DNA of 40,702 nucleotides, taken from an uncultured Akkermansia sp. Lineage in GTDB: Bacteria; Verrucomicrobiota; Verrucomicrobiia; Verrucomicrobiales; Akkermansiaceae. The position numbers were made by a program, and so were the translations under genes. The notes beneath the pieces were generated by a model that was not told where the DNA came from, did no database searches, and worked only from the letters and a program-made list of their open reading frames with translations. This document shows positions 1 to 8,108 of the stretch, piece after piece (position 1 is the first letter of the stretch; each line of letters opens with the position of its first letter). Location: assembly GCA_964371115.1 (NCBI GenBank), contig CAYJLP010000003.1:1-40702 (forward strand). The letters run 5' to 3'.

Positions 1-1319
1 GCTATCGCTTGGCTGATGTCGTAGATGTCGACGTAGTTGCCAAAGACCTCTCGTGTGCTGCGGTCCTGCTGTGCGATGGGGGTGCCGGTGAAGCCGATGA
101 AGCTCGCATGAGGGAGCGCGAGGCGCATCTTGCGCGCGGCTCCTATGCTGATCTGTCCTGTGCTCTCGACGCGCTCGACGAGGCCGTAGTGGCTGCGGTG
201 AGCCTCATCGGCGATGACGACGATGTTGCGCCGCTGGCTCAGGGTGTGGTCGGATTCGCCTGCGAGGAGGTCGAATTTCTGCAGCGTGGTCAAGATGATG
301 CCTCCTGCCTGTGTCGTGCTCTGATGGCGGCGATGGTCTTTGGGGTTGGGGGTTTGGGTTGGCTGGGTGTGGAGGAAATTGCGGCTGAGGGCGAATTGGC
401 TGCTGATCTGGTTGTCGAGGTCGTGTCGATCGGTGACGATGATGAGGGTGGGTGCTGCTAGTTTCTTGCTGAGCAGCAGTTGCTTTGCATAGAATACCAT
501 GGAGAGGGATTTGCCGCTGCCCTGTGTATGCCAGAAGACGCCCGCGCGTCCGTCGCGCTCATGGGCGCGCTCGGTGGCGCGCCGTGCGGCGTGGACGGCG
601 TGGTACTGGTGGTAGGCGGCGAGGTATTTCTGATCACCGGCATAGCAGAGGAAGTGCTGGAGGATCTCGATGAGGCGCTTTTTCTCTAGGAGGGATTGGA
701 GGTGGGTGGAGAAGTGGTTGAGGTGGAGCTCTCCTGGTTTCTTCCACGTCATGTATCTCTCCTCTTCGGCGGTGAGGCTGCCTGCGCGGCTGCTCTCAGG
801 GGTGCAGATGATGCAAAAGGCGTTGTAGACCATGAGATCGGGCTGCTCGCGCTTCAGTGTTTCGATCTGTTCGTAGCTGTCTAGAGCGATGAGGACGAGG
901 GGGAGTCCGTTCACGTAGAGGATGATGAGTCGCTGGTCGTCGCTGAGGGTGAATTGGAAGCTCTGCTTTTTGAGCAGACGTGGGGAGATGAGGCGCAGGT
1001 AGGCTCGGCGTTCTTGGTTATTCTTGTAATAGCTGACGTAGAGTCCCTCTTGTACGGCTGCGTGCAGCTGCTTGTTGCGCTCGATGAGTGTGGCGTCGTT
1101 CTCGGTGGCGAGGTCGCGGAGTGTGGTTAGGGCCTGCTCGATGGCGGGGGCAGGGAGGCTGCGATTGAGCTGATGTAGGGCACTGCGGCACTCCTCCTGC
1201 TGTAGCGAGCTGTATAGCGAGGGAGAATTTGGAGTATATATCTGCTCAAATCCTAGATGTTCACGGATAAAGTTGATTACTTCTTTCCGGAGTTCATTGC
1301 GCTGTTCGATCGCGTTCAT
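1..1319 (-). CDS. hsdR: Type I restriction R-subunit (HsdR)-like SF2 translocase, N-terminal part (runs off the window); nuclease motif degenerate
   Basis: Not in the ORF track. Manual translation from the ATG at 1319 is open to position 1: MNAIEQRNEL...YVNGLPLVL...YHQYHAV...GVFWHTQGSGKSLSM (Walker A)...IIVTDRHDLDNQ...TTLQKF...VIADEAHRSHYG (DEAH)...FIGFTGTPI...VFGNYVDIYDISQA, all typical of HsdR. Confidence 0.9.
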   Translation of the reverse strand, partial: MNAIEQRNELRKEVINFIREHLGFEQIYTPNSPSLYSSLQQEECRSALHQLNRSLPAPAIEQALTTLRDLATENDATLIERNKQLHAAVQEGLYVSYYKNNQERRAYLRLISPRLLKKQSFQFTLSDDQRLIILYVNGLPLVLIALDSYEQIETLKREQPDLMVYNAFCIICTPESSRAGSLTAEEERYMTWKKPGELHLNHFSTHLQSLLEKKRLIEILQHFLCYAGDQKYLAAYHQYHAVHAARRATERAHERDGRAGVFWHTQGSGKSLSMVFYAKQLLLSKKLAAPTLIIVTDRHDLDNQISSQFALSRNFLHTQPTQTPNPKDHRRHQSTTQAGGIILTTLQKFDLLAGESDHTLSQRRNIVVIADEAHRSHYGLVERVESTGQISIGAARKMRLALPHASFIGFTGTPIAQQDRSTREVFGNYVDIYDISQAI

Positions 1320-2032
1320 TGTAACTCAATTTAGTGAAAAATTAGTTACAAATCAATAAATAATAATGTCCGTAAAATATATCGGTTTGTTATTAGTTTA
1401 AATATAGTTACTTAAACGTAAATATTTTTTTATGTTATCTTAAAATTTTCTCTTCAAATAACTGATGTTGTGGCGATATTGCGCTATTTTGCACGAGTAT
1501 CGTGCCATGATCACGGTGCGCGTGTAGGAGGAATTTGAGTATGAGAGCTCAGCGATATCTTTTATGGTGCTGCGCCACAGCGAGCTCTTTTCTATAAAAA
1601 ATACATGCTCCCAGCCTTCGCGTGATGAGGCTGGGAGCATGTAGCTTGAGGGGGCGTTTTGATTCTCGTTATTTTCTAAATTGACGAATCTGAAAACTCG
1701 CGCTACGAGACTGCTTTTGAGTGTTTTTCAAAATCGTAGCATGAGAGAAAAGAGAAGCACCCTATATGATATTTTAATAATGAGGCGTATTCTTTTTCCT
1801 TGAAGTTCTACCTTTTAGTATGCTAAACTCTAGCGCAGGTTGATCGCGAGGCAGAGTTTTAAGAAATCACTCATATGGTTGAAAAGAGTATCGAGTGTCT
1901 CTCTAAATAATGTAAGCCACGCTCATTCAAATCAGTATGATGTACTGAAACTGTAATTTAAGGTATATTGTTCTTTCATTACAACGATGATAAGAAGAGT
2001 GTACCGAACACAAACTATATTACTGTAATAAA

Positions 2033-2380
2033 ATGAATATTGATGAATTCAAGAAATCGAAATGGTACTCACAGGCTAAGAAACCAAATGCGGAGCAGGA
2101 GGCGAAATCAAAGTATGAAAAATGGAAAACTAAGGGCAATATTAGCAGAGGTGTACTGGATAAAGTCGAGAAGTTGCTTGAATTTCTCCAGAGTGACAAA
2201 ATATCTGTAGGTGCCAAAGCTGTCGTCATAGCAGCTATACTGTATGCTATTTCTCCAGTTGATCTTGTCCCAGATGTGATACCTGTTGTTGGTTGGCTAG
2301 ACGATTTGGCTGTAATCGGTTTAGCTTTCGAGTATGTTCGTAGATCTCTTAAAAAGGCTGAAGAAAATTCTGACTCATAA
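2033..2380 (+). CDS. DUF1232/YkvA family small membrane protein
   Basis: Signature AAILYAISPVDLVPDVIPVVGWLDD; visibly AT-rich relative to neighbours. Confidence 0.85.
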   Translation: MNIDEFKKSKWYSQAKKPNAEQEAKSKYEKWKTKGNISRGVLDKVEKLLEFLQSDKISVGAKAVVIAAILYAISPVDLVPDVIPVVGWLDDLAVIGLAFEYVRRSLKKAEENSDS

Positions 2381-2399
2381 GAAACTAAACCCCTCATGA

Positions 2400-3029
2400 T
2401 TAACTCAATGAGGGGAACTGCGCGAAGAGTGCAGTGACCTTGGCGGCATCCTTGATGCCGAGGGTGCTTTCGAGGCCGCTGTTGAGGTCGAGGCCGTGGG
2501 GGTGGTATTGGGAGTAAAGGGCGCAGGCGTTGTCGGGGGTGAGCCCACCTGCGAGTAGCCATGGGTGGGGGAAGCGGAGCTGGCAGATGAGGTCGGCTGA
2601 TTGGAGGGTGCAGCCGTGACCTCCCCCATCTTGTCCCGCGTCGAGGAGGTAGTAGGCGCAGTGGGGTGCCCAGCGTTCGAGCTCTGATTGGAGCTCGGCA
2701 GCGTGTGTGTAGCGGTCAGGCCAGAGGACGCGAATCACGCGCGCGGCACCGATGAGCTCGGCATCCACGGGGGATTGTGCGCCGTGGAGCTGGGCGTAGT
2801 CGAGGCGCGCGTGTGCCATGATGTCGCGTATGGTGGCGGCGTCTTGCTTGACGAAGACGCCGACGCGTAGCGCGCTGCCTGAGTGGAGGGATGCGGCCTG
2901 CTCGGGTGTGATGGCACGGGGGCTTTTTTCATGGAAGATGAAGCCTAGCGCATCGACGCCCTGCGAGAGGGCGTGGGTGATGGCGTGCTGCTGGGTCTGG
3001 CCGCAGATCTTGATGAGGGGGCGTGTCAT
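2400..3029 (-). CDS. trpF: Phosphoribosylanthranilate isomerase
   Basis: IKICGQ, LGFIFHEKSPR, VGVFV, QLHG, LLDA, LAGGL, DLNSGLE; start ATG 3029 overlaps the trpC stop (ATGA). Confidence 0.95.
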   Translation of the reverse strand: MTRPLIKICGQTQQHAITHALSQGVDALGFIFHEKSPRAITPEQAASLHSGSALRVGVFVKQDAATIRDIMAHARLDYAQLHGAQSPVDAELIGAARVIRVLWPDRYTHAAELQSELERWAPHCAYYLLDAGQDGGGHGCTLQSADLICQLRFPHPWLLAGGLTPDNACALYSQYHPHGLDLNSGLESTLGIKDAAKVTALFAQFPSLS

Positions 3030-3802
3030 GTGCTGGGCTGGAGGAGGCGCTGGAGTTCCTGCTCGGGGCTGGTGGGGGCTTGCATGAGGGCGGTGCCGAT
3101 GAGGGCGGCGTGATAGCCTGCGGCGGCGGCTTCGCGGAGGTGCTGGGGCTCGCTCATGGCGCTGGCGGCGATCCAGCATTCGCCCTCTTGTCGGAGAGCT
3201 GCGAGCTTGAGGCTCTCTTCTCGGTCGGTGGAGAAGGTCTCGAGATTGCGGGCGTTGACCTGAATGAGGCGGGCTCCCGAGGCGCGGGCGAGGCGGAGTT
3301 CTTCCTCAGAGAATATTTCGACGACGGCGTGGATGCCTTGGGATTCGGCGAGCTCGCGGAGGTGGCGGAGTGTATCGACGCAGGGGGTGAGGGCGACGAT
3401 GAGGAGGAGTGCACTGGCGGGGGTGGCGAAGGTCTGGCGGATCTGGAGCTCGTCGAAGAGGAAATCTTTGCGCAGCAGGGGGATACCAGCGGGGGCGGCT
3501 TGGGTGAGATCGTTGAGATGCCCTTGGAAGTAGAGCTCTTCTGTGAGGACACTCATGCAGCTGGCACCGCCGTTGGCGTATTGCTGGGCGATGGAGGCGA
3601 CGGGGAGGGAGTCGTTGATGACTCCCATGGAGGGGGATGCCTTTTTGAACTCGGCGATGACGCGCAGGGGCGCGCCCGCGGGGGGCGGGCTCATGAGGGG
3701 GGCGTAGAAGTCGGGGCGTACGAGGTCGAGGGGGGCGGGCATGTGGGCGCGCAGGGAGGCGAGCTCGTCTTGTTTGGCGGTGATGAAGCGTTGGAGGTTC
3801 AT
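3026..3802 (-). CDS. trpC: Indole-3-glycerol phosphate synthase
   Basis: IAEFKKASPS, SVLTEELYFQG, LLRKDF, VNARNL motifs. Confidence 0.95.
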   Translation of the reverse strand: MNLQRFITAKQDELASLRAHMPAPLDLVRPDFYAPLMSPPPAGAPLRVIAEFKKASPSMGVINDSLPVASIAQQYANGGASCMSVLTEELYFQGHLNDLTQAAPAGIPLLRKDFLFDELQIRQTFATPASALLLIVALTPCVDTLRHLRELAESQGIHAVVEIFSEEELRLARASGARLIQVNARNLETFSTDREESLKLAALRQEGECWIAASAMSEPQHLREAAAAGYHAALIGTALMQAPTSPEQELQRLLQPST

Positions 3803-3907
3803 GGGAGCAAAAAATGAAAGTTAATTGATCTTGATAGGTTGTTTGTCAGAGAGTTTCTGTGTAGACACTTTCCTTGAGGTACGCGGGCAGTTGTTGCAGT
3901 AGCCACC

Positions 3908-4066
3908 GCTTGCGTACCAGAGTGCGCTTCGTCTCAAATTGCATGCCAATTTGAGACGCAGCAAAATGCTGAGGATACGCTGCACGTCGCTTCGCTCCGC
4001 TTGTTTTTTATTCCGTTTTTCACATGACAGACTTCGCACACTGAGGTTTGTGGCATGAAGCTTCAT
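3908..4066 (-). repeat. Dispersed hairpin element, module X (copy 1), in the trpD-trpC spacer
   Basis: Reverse complement aligns with 28451-28590 (atgaag...catgccaca.acctca....gcgaagtctgtca.gtgaaaa...caagcggagcg.agcgacg.gc.gcgt...gacgaagcgc.....ggtacgca.gc); contains palindrome cgtctcaaattg-catgc-caatttgagacg. Confidence 0.85.
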
Positions 4067-4093
4067 GAGAATTTTGAGTTATGGAGTGATATG

Positions 4094-5695
4094 TTAAAGC
4101 AGCTTGCCCCAGCGTGCGATCACACGCGCGCCGACTCCTTGAGCGACAGCACTGCGCGCCTTTGTGACGCATTGCTCCATGCTCAGCGTGGGCTCGAGCA
4201 GCTGGATAGCCAGCGCGAGATTGATGCTGAGCATGTCACTCATCGCCTGATTGCCACGTCCATGCAGTAGCTCCATGAGGGCATCCGAGGCTTCTTCCTT
4301 GGTCTCTACCATGAGCTCGTCTTCGCTCGTAGGAGGCGCAAAGCCATAGGCAGCAGGATCAAAGCTGATGTCGCGGATCTCGCCGCCATCCACGAGCTTG
4401 ATAGGTGTCACGCCAAAGGCGGTCGCCTCATCGTAGCCACCGCTGCCACAGAGTACCATGGCGCGCTTGTAGTGCCCCTGCGCCAGCACCTCGGCGATCA
4501 TGACGACGAGCTCGGGCTTCGCAACACCGAGGAGGATGTGGTTGGGCTTGCTGGGGTTGATGAGCGGCCCGAGGAGGTTGAAGAGTGTGCGCACGCCGAG
4601 CTCAGAGCGGATGGGACCGATGTTCTTGAAACAGGGGTGGAAGTGCGGCGCGAGGGCAAAGGAGAAGCCATCGCGCTGGAGATTCTCCACGATACTGCTC
4701 GGATCGGGCGACGCGGGGTAGCCCAGCCGCTCCAGCACGTCGCCCGCGCCCGAGCTGGACGAGACGGCACGGTTGCCATGCTTTGTGACTTGGTAGCCGA
4801 GTGCTGCGAGCGTGATGGCGGTGGCGGTGGAGCAGTTGAAGCTCCTTTTCCCATCGCCCCCCGTACCAACGACATCAATGCTATCGCCTGTGATGCCGGT
4901 GATGGCGGTGGCGCGCTGTAGCGCGCAGCGGACGGCGGCGGCCATCTCGGTGCTCGTCTCGCCCTTGCTGCGCAGGGTGAGGAGGAATGCTCCCGATTGC
5001 GCGGCGGTGAGCTCGCCGTCCATGAGCGCACCAAAGGCGAGCTCGGCTTGCTCTCCCGTGAGGTTCTTCCTCTCGGCGAGCTGCTCGATGAGTGGCGAGA
5101 TGTTGATCGCGCGTGCGTGTGCGCCGATGATGGCGGCGGGGAAGTTCGCCAGTAGCTCCATGCCTTGCTCCGTTAGGATGGATTCGGGGTGGTACTGCAC
5201 GCCGACCCAGGGTCTGTCCTTGTAGCGGAGGCTCATTGCCTCGCCGTCGTCGTCGCGTGCGGTGATCTCGAGGGCGGGGTGGTTGTCAGGGCACTTCACC
5301 ACGAGTGAGTGGTAGCGGCCTATGGTCATGGGGGATTTGATCCCTTTGTAGAGACCTGTGCCGCCGTGCTCGATTTGTGAGGTCTTGCCGTGCATGACGC
5401 GTGGACCTCGCACGACGGGGCAGCCTGCGTGGTGGCCGAGGCACTGCATGCCGAGGCAGACGCCGAGGACGGGGATGTGGTGGGGGAGCAGGTCGAGGAA
5501 CTCGAGGCAGTAGCCCGCTTTCTCAGGGTTGCTGGGACCGGGGGAGATGACTACCTTTTCCAATTGAGGATCGCTGGCGAGCTCGAGGAGGCGTGGGTCG
5601 TCGTTGCAGATGACCGTGGGACTCTCGCCGAGCTGTTGGAAGTACTGGATGATGTTGTAGGAAAAGGAGTCGTAGTTGTCGATGAACAGGAACAT
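4094..5695 (-). CDS. trpD: Bifunctional anthranilate synthase component II / anthranilate phosphoribosyltransferase (TrpG-TrpD fusion)
   Basis: GATase half: IDNYDSF, SPGP, LGVCLGMQ, MHGK, RYHSL, QYHPES. PRTase half: DVVGTGGDG, FNCST, KHGNRAVSSSSG, RTLFNLLGPLINP. Confidence 0.95.
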   Translation of the reverse strand: MFLFIDNYDSFSYNIIQYFQQLGESPTVICNDDPRLLELASDPQLEKVVISPGPSNPEKAGYCLEFLDLLPHHIPVLGVCLGMQCLGHHAGCPVVRGPRVMHGKTSQIEHGGTGLYKGIKSPMTIGRYHSLVVKCPDNHPALEITARDDDGEAMSLRYKDRPWVGVQYHPESILTEQGMELLANFPAAIIGAHARAINISPLIEQLAERKNLTGEQAELAFGALMDGELTAAQSGAFLLTLRSKGETSTEMAAAVRCALQRATAITGITGDSIDVVGTGGDGKRSFNCSTATAITLAALGYQVTKHGNRAVSSSSGAGDVLERLGYPASPDPSSIVENLQRDGFSFALAPHFHPCFKNIGPIRSELGVRTLFNLLGPLINPSKPNHILLGVAKPELVVMIAEVLAQGHYKRAMVLCGSGGYDEATAFGVTPIKLVDGGEIRDISFDPAAYGFAPPTSEDELMVETKEEASDALMELLHGRGNQAMSDMLSINLALAIQLLEPTLSMEQCVTKARSAVAQGVGARVIARWGKLL

Positions 5696-5830
5696 GGGTG
5701 GGGAAGAAAAGATATATGATGAATAACTCTACGAAATAGGGTCTCTCGCTGTGAATAAGTCTGCGAAAAAGTGCTTTTTTATGCGAATAATTCGGTGAAC
5801 AAGTTGTCCATTTCGTGAACAAGCAGGGTC

Positions 5831-7237
5831 TCAGCTGGGATCGCTCTCGTTGCGACCGAGGATGGTGTCGATGATGCGTCCCTTGTTGCGGCACTCCATC
5901 CACTCGGCGGCGGGGTTGGAGTCATAGACGAGACCCGCGCCCATTTGCCAATGGAGTGTGTCCTCGCGGTGCCACATGGAGCGGATGGTGATGCCGGTGT
6001 TGAGATGCACGGCGTCTTTGTCGAGCCCCATCCAGCCGATGCACCCGGCGTAGGGACCGCGGGGGGCGAGCTCGATGCTGCGGATGATCTCCATGGCGCG
6101 TATTTTGGGAGCCCCGCTTACGGTGCCGGCGGGGAAGGTGGCGGCGAGGATGTCGAGCGCGTCGAGTCCCTCCGTGAGGCGCGCGCTGACGCGGCTTGTC
6201 ATGTGCATGACGTGGGAGAACTTTTCTACGGTCATGAGGCGCTCGACGTTCACGCTGCCGCCTCGGGCGACGCGTCCGAGGTCGTTGCGCCCGAGGTCGA
6301 CGAGCATGATGTGCTCGGCGCGCTCCTTGGGATCGGCGAGCATGTCCTGTGCGAGTGCCTCGTCCTCGGCGGCGGTCTTGCCCCGGCGGCGTGTGCCAGC
6401 GATCGGGGAGAGCAGTAGCTTGTTGCTCTCGCAGCTGACCATGACCTCGGGGGAGGCTCCAAAGAGCTCTAGCTCGGCAAAGCACATGTAGAACATGTAG
6501 GGCGAGGGGTTGATCCCGCGCATGCGGCGGTAGAGGGTGAAGGTATCACCGCTGAAGCTAGCGCTGCATTGTGTCGAGCCGACGACCTGGATAGCCTCGC
6601 CCTCGTGGAGGAGGCGGCGCACCTGCTCGACGCCCTGCATGTACTGCTGCTCGCTGGGACTGCGCTGGGTGTCGCCGACCTTGAGCTCTGCTGTGGCACT
6701 CTGGGGGGCATCGGTGAGCAGGCTCATGTCGCGTGGCTCGCCGATGCTGAGCTGATAGAGCTTGTTGTAGAGGTGGTCAAAGACGAGGACGGTAGCGGCG
6801 AGCACGAGGTGGCTCTCGGCCTCGGTGATGGGGATGGTGGTGGCGAGCTTGGGCTGGAAGAGGGCGGCCATCTCGTAGCCCCAGTAGCCGTAGATGGCGC
6901 GCGTGATGGGGGGAGCCTTCGGATCATCGCCTTGGATCTCGAGGGAGGCGAGCAGCTGGTGCATGGCGGGCATGTAGGGCTGCTCGTCGAGCTCTGCTTT
7001 CAGAGCGGTGAGCTGGGGATGCTCGGTCTGGATGTGTAGCTTGCCCTCGCGGCAGGCGAACTCGGCGATGAAGTCGGTGGCGATGAGGCTGTAGCGTCCC
7101 CAGCGACCGTCGACCTCGGCGCTCTCCAGCAGCAGGGCGTGGGGATTCTGCTGTCGGATCTGCATGAAGAGCCGTATGGGGGTCTGGGTGTCGCCCTCGG
7201 GGAGTAGTCGGCATTGCTGCTGGAGGATGATGGTCAT
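5831..7237 (-). CDS. trpE: Anthranilate synthase component I
   Basis: LLESAE, GRYS, NPSPYM, GASPE, PIAGTRRRG, KERAEHIMLVDLGRND, FPAGTVSGAPK; start set at ATG 7237 because the longer ORF runs through the attenuator. Confidence 0.95.
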   Translation of the reverse strand: MTIILQQQCRLLPEGDTQTPIRLFMQIRQQNPHALLLESAEVDGRWGRYSLIATDFIAEFACREGKLHIQTEHPQLTALKAELDEQPYMPAMHQLLASLEIQGDDPKAPPITRAIYGYWGYEMAALFQPKLATTIPITEAESHLVLAATVLVFDHLYNKLYQLSIGEPRDMSLLTDAPQSATAELKVGDTQRSPSEQQYMQGVEQVRRLLHEGEAIQVVGSTQCSASFSGDTFTLYRRMRGINPSPYMFYMCFAELELFGASPEVMVSCESNKLLLSPIAGTRRRGKTAAEDEALAQDMLADPKERAEHIMLVDLGRNDLGRVARGGSVNVERLMTVEKFSHVMHMTSRVSARLTEGLDALDILAATFPAGTVSGAPKIRAMEIIRSIELAPRGPYAGCIGWMGLDKDAVHLNTGITIRSMWHREDTLHWQMGAGLVYDSNPAAEWMECRNKGRIIDTILGRNESDPS

Positions 7238-7285
7238 GATATTGGCTGTGTGTGGTGGTGAGTGATTGGGATCAAGGATGAAATG

Positions 7286-7321
7286 AAAAAACGCTTTGAC
7301 TTCTACGGGGAAGTCAAAGCG
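7286..7321 (-). terminator. trp attenuator terminator
   Basis: Minus strand cgctttgacttc-cccgta-gaagtcaaagcg (perfect 12-bp stem) followed by TTTTTT, about 50 nt upstream of trpE. Confidence 0.85.
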
Positions 7322-7385
7322 CGTTTGTTGATGTGAAAACGGTGCAGGCGCGTGTGTGCCGTGATGGGCATGTGGTGCTTCTCCC

Positions 7386-7475
7386 CTAGTTGAGATTGAG
7401 ATGGGAGCGACGCCAAGCCCAGGCCTCCGTGGAGCGGGCTGCTTCTTCAATCATGGGTTGGGAATAGGGGCTCAT
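7386..7475 (-). CDS. trpL: Putative trp operon leader peptide (MSPYSQPMIEEAARSTEAWAWRRSHLNLN; alternative start 7454)
   Basis: Short ORF with two TGG codons (7419-7421, 7413-7415) between a promoter and an intrinsic terminator upstream of trpE. Confidence 0.75.
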   Translation of the reverse strand: MSPYSQPMIEEAARSTEAWAWRRSHLNLN

Positions 7476-7492
7476 GCTGTGTTCTGAGCACT

Positions 7493-7521
7493 AGGGTACA
7501 CCTGATGACGTGTGAGGTCAA
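7493..7521 (-). promoter_or_regulatory. Putative sigma70 promoter of the trp operon
   Basis: TTGACC-17 nt-TACCCT directly upstream of the leader ORF. Confidence 0.6.
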
Positions 7522-7548
7522 GTGTATATTTTGTGCGGATCGCAGAGT

Positions 7549-7989
7549 TCACAGTTTGAAGGTTTTGAGGAAGCTCTGCACCGCTGCCTCTAGTTTGGGT
7601 TGTGCCTTGTAGCGTCCTTGCTTGAGTGCGGTTTTCATCGCAATGCCGTGTTCTTCTGCCTCACCGACGGCGCGACCTGTATCGGGACCCTTGAGCTCGG
7701 TGGCGAGTGCCATTTGCTGCTCGCGGCTGAGTTGGGAGTGGTATTCTTGGGCGGTTAATTTTGCCTTGGCGGTCGCTGAGGTGAGTTCGTTGAGTTTGCT
7801 GACTGCTTGCTCAGGGCTGATGCGTGCAGCGTCGACGGATTGCAGGATGCTCGCGGCTTGTTTCGCGTGTGTGAGGGTGCGCATGATGAGCGCGTAGGTC
7901 TCGTCAACCGAGGGGGCTTCTGCTGCGGCATGGAGGGCTGCAGGCGCGAGGCTGATCAGGGCGGTGGCATAGATGGGTAGAGTATTCAT
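7549..7989 (-). CDS. Hypothetical secreted protein
   Basis: 146-aa ORF with a signal-peptide-like N-terminus (…LISLAPAALHA); TTGACC-17-TATACC upstream. Confidence 0.7.
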   Translation of the reverse strand: MNTLPIYATALISLAPAALHAAAEAPSVDETYALIMRTLTHAKQAASILQSVDAARISPEQAVSKLNELTSATAKAKLTAQEYHSQLSREQQMALATELKGPDTGRAVGEAEEHGIAMKTALKQGRYKAQPKLEAAVQSFLKTFKL

Positions 7990-8108
7990 GTCCGGTAGGT
8001 ATAGCAGCTGTGAGTGCTTTGGTCAAGGAGCAACTTTGTCCGAGCGACAGGCTTCTCTCGCGTGGCTTTGGGCTTGTTTTTTGCGTTCTCTCTTGCTACA
8101 TTGGTGCT

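Noticed and set aside
9..884. + strand ORFs 9-461, 480-689, 696-884
   Set aside because: Antisense shadows of the minus-strand hsdR-like frame
1440..1640. 66-aa ORF in the AT-rich spacer
   Set aside because: No recognisable motif or translation signal
3030..3179. N-terminal extension of trpF in the ORF track
   Set aside because: Lies inside trpC; ATGA coupling at 3026-3029 gives the natural start
7238..7450. 71-aa N-terminal extension of trpE
   Set aside because: Runs through the leader peptide and terminator, and does not resemble TrpE
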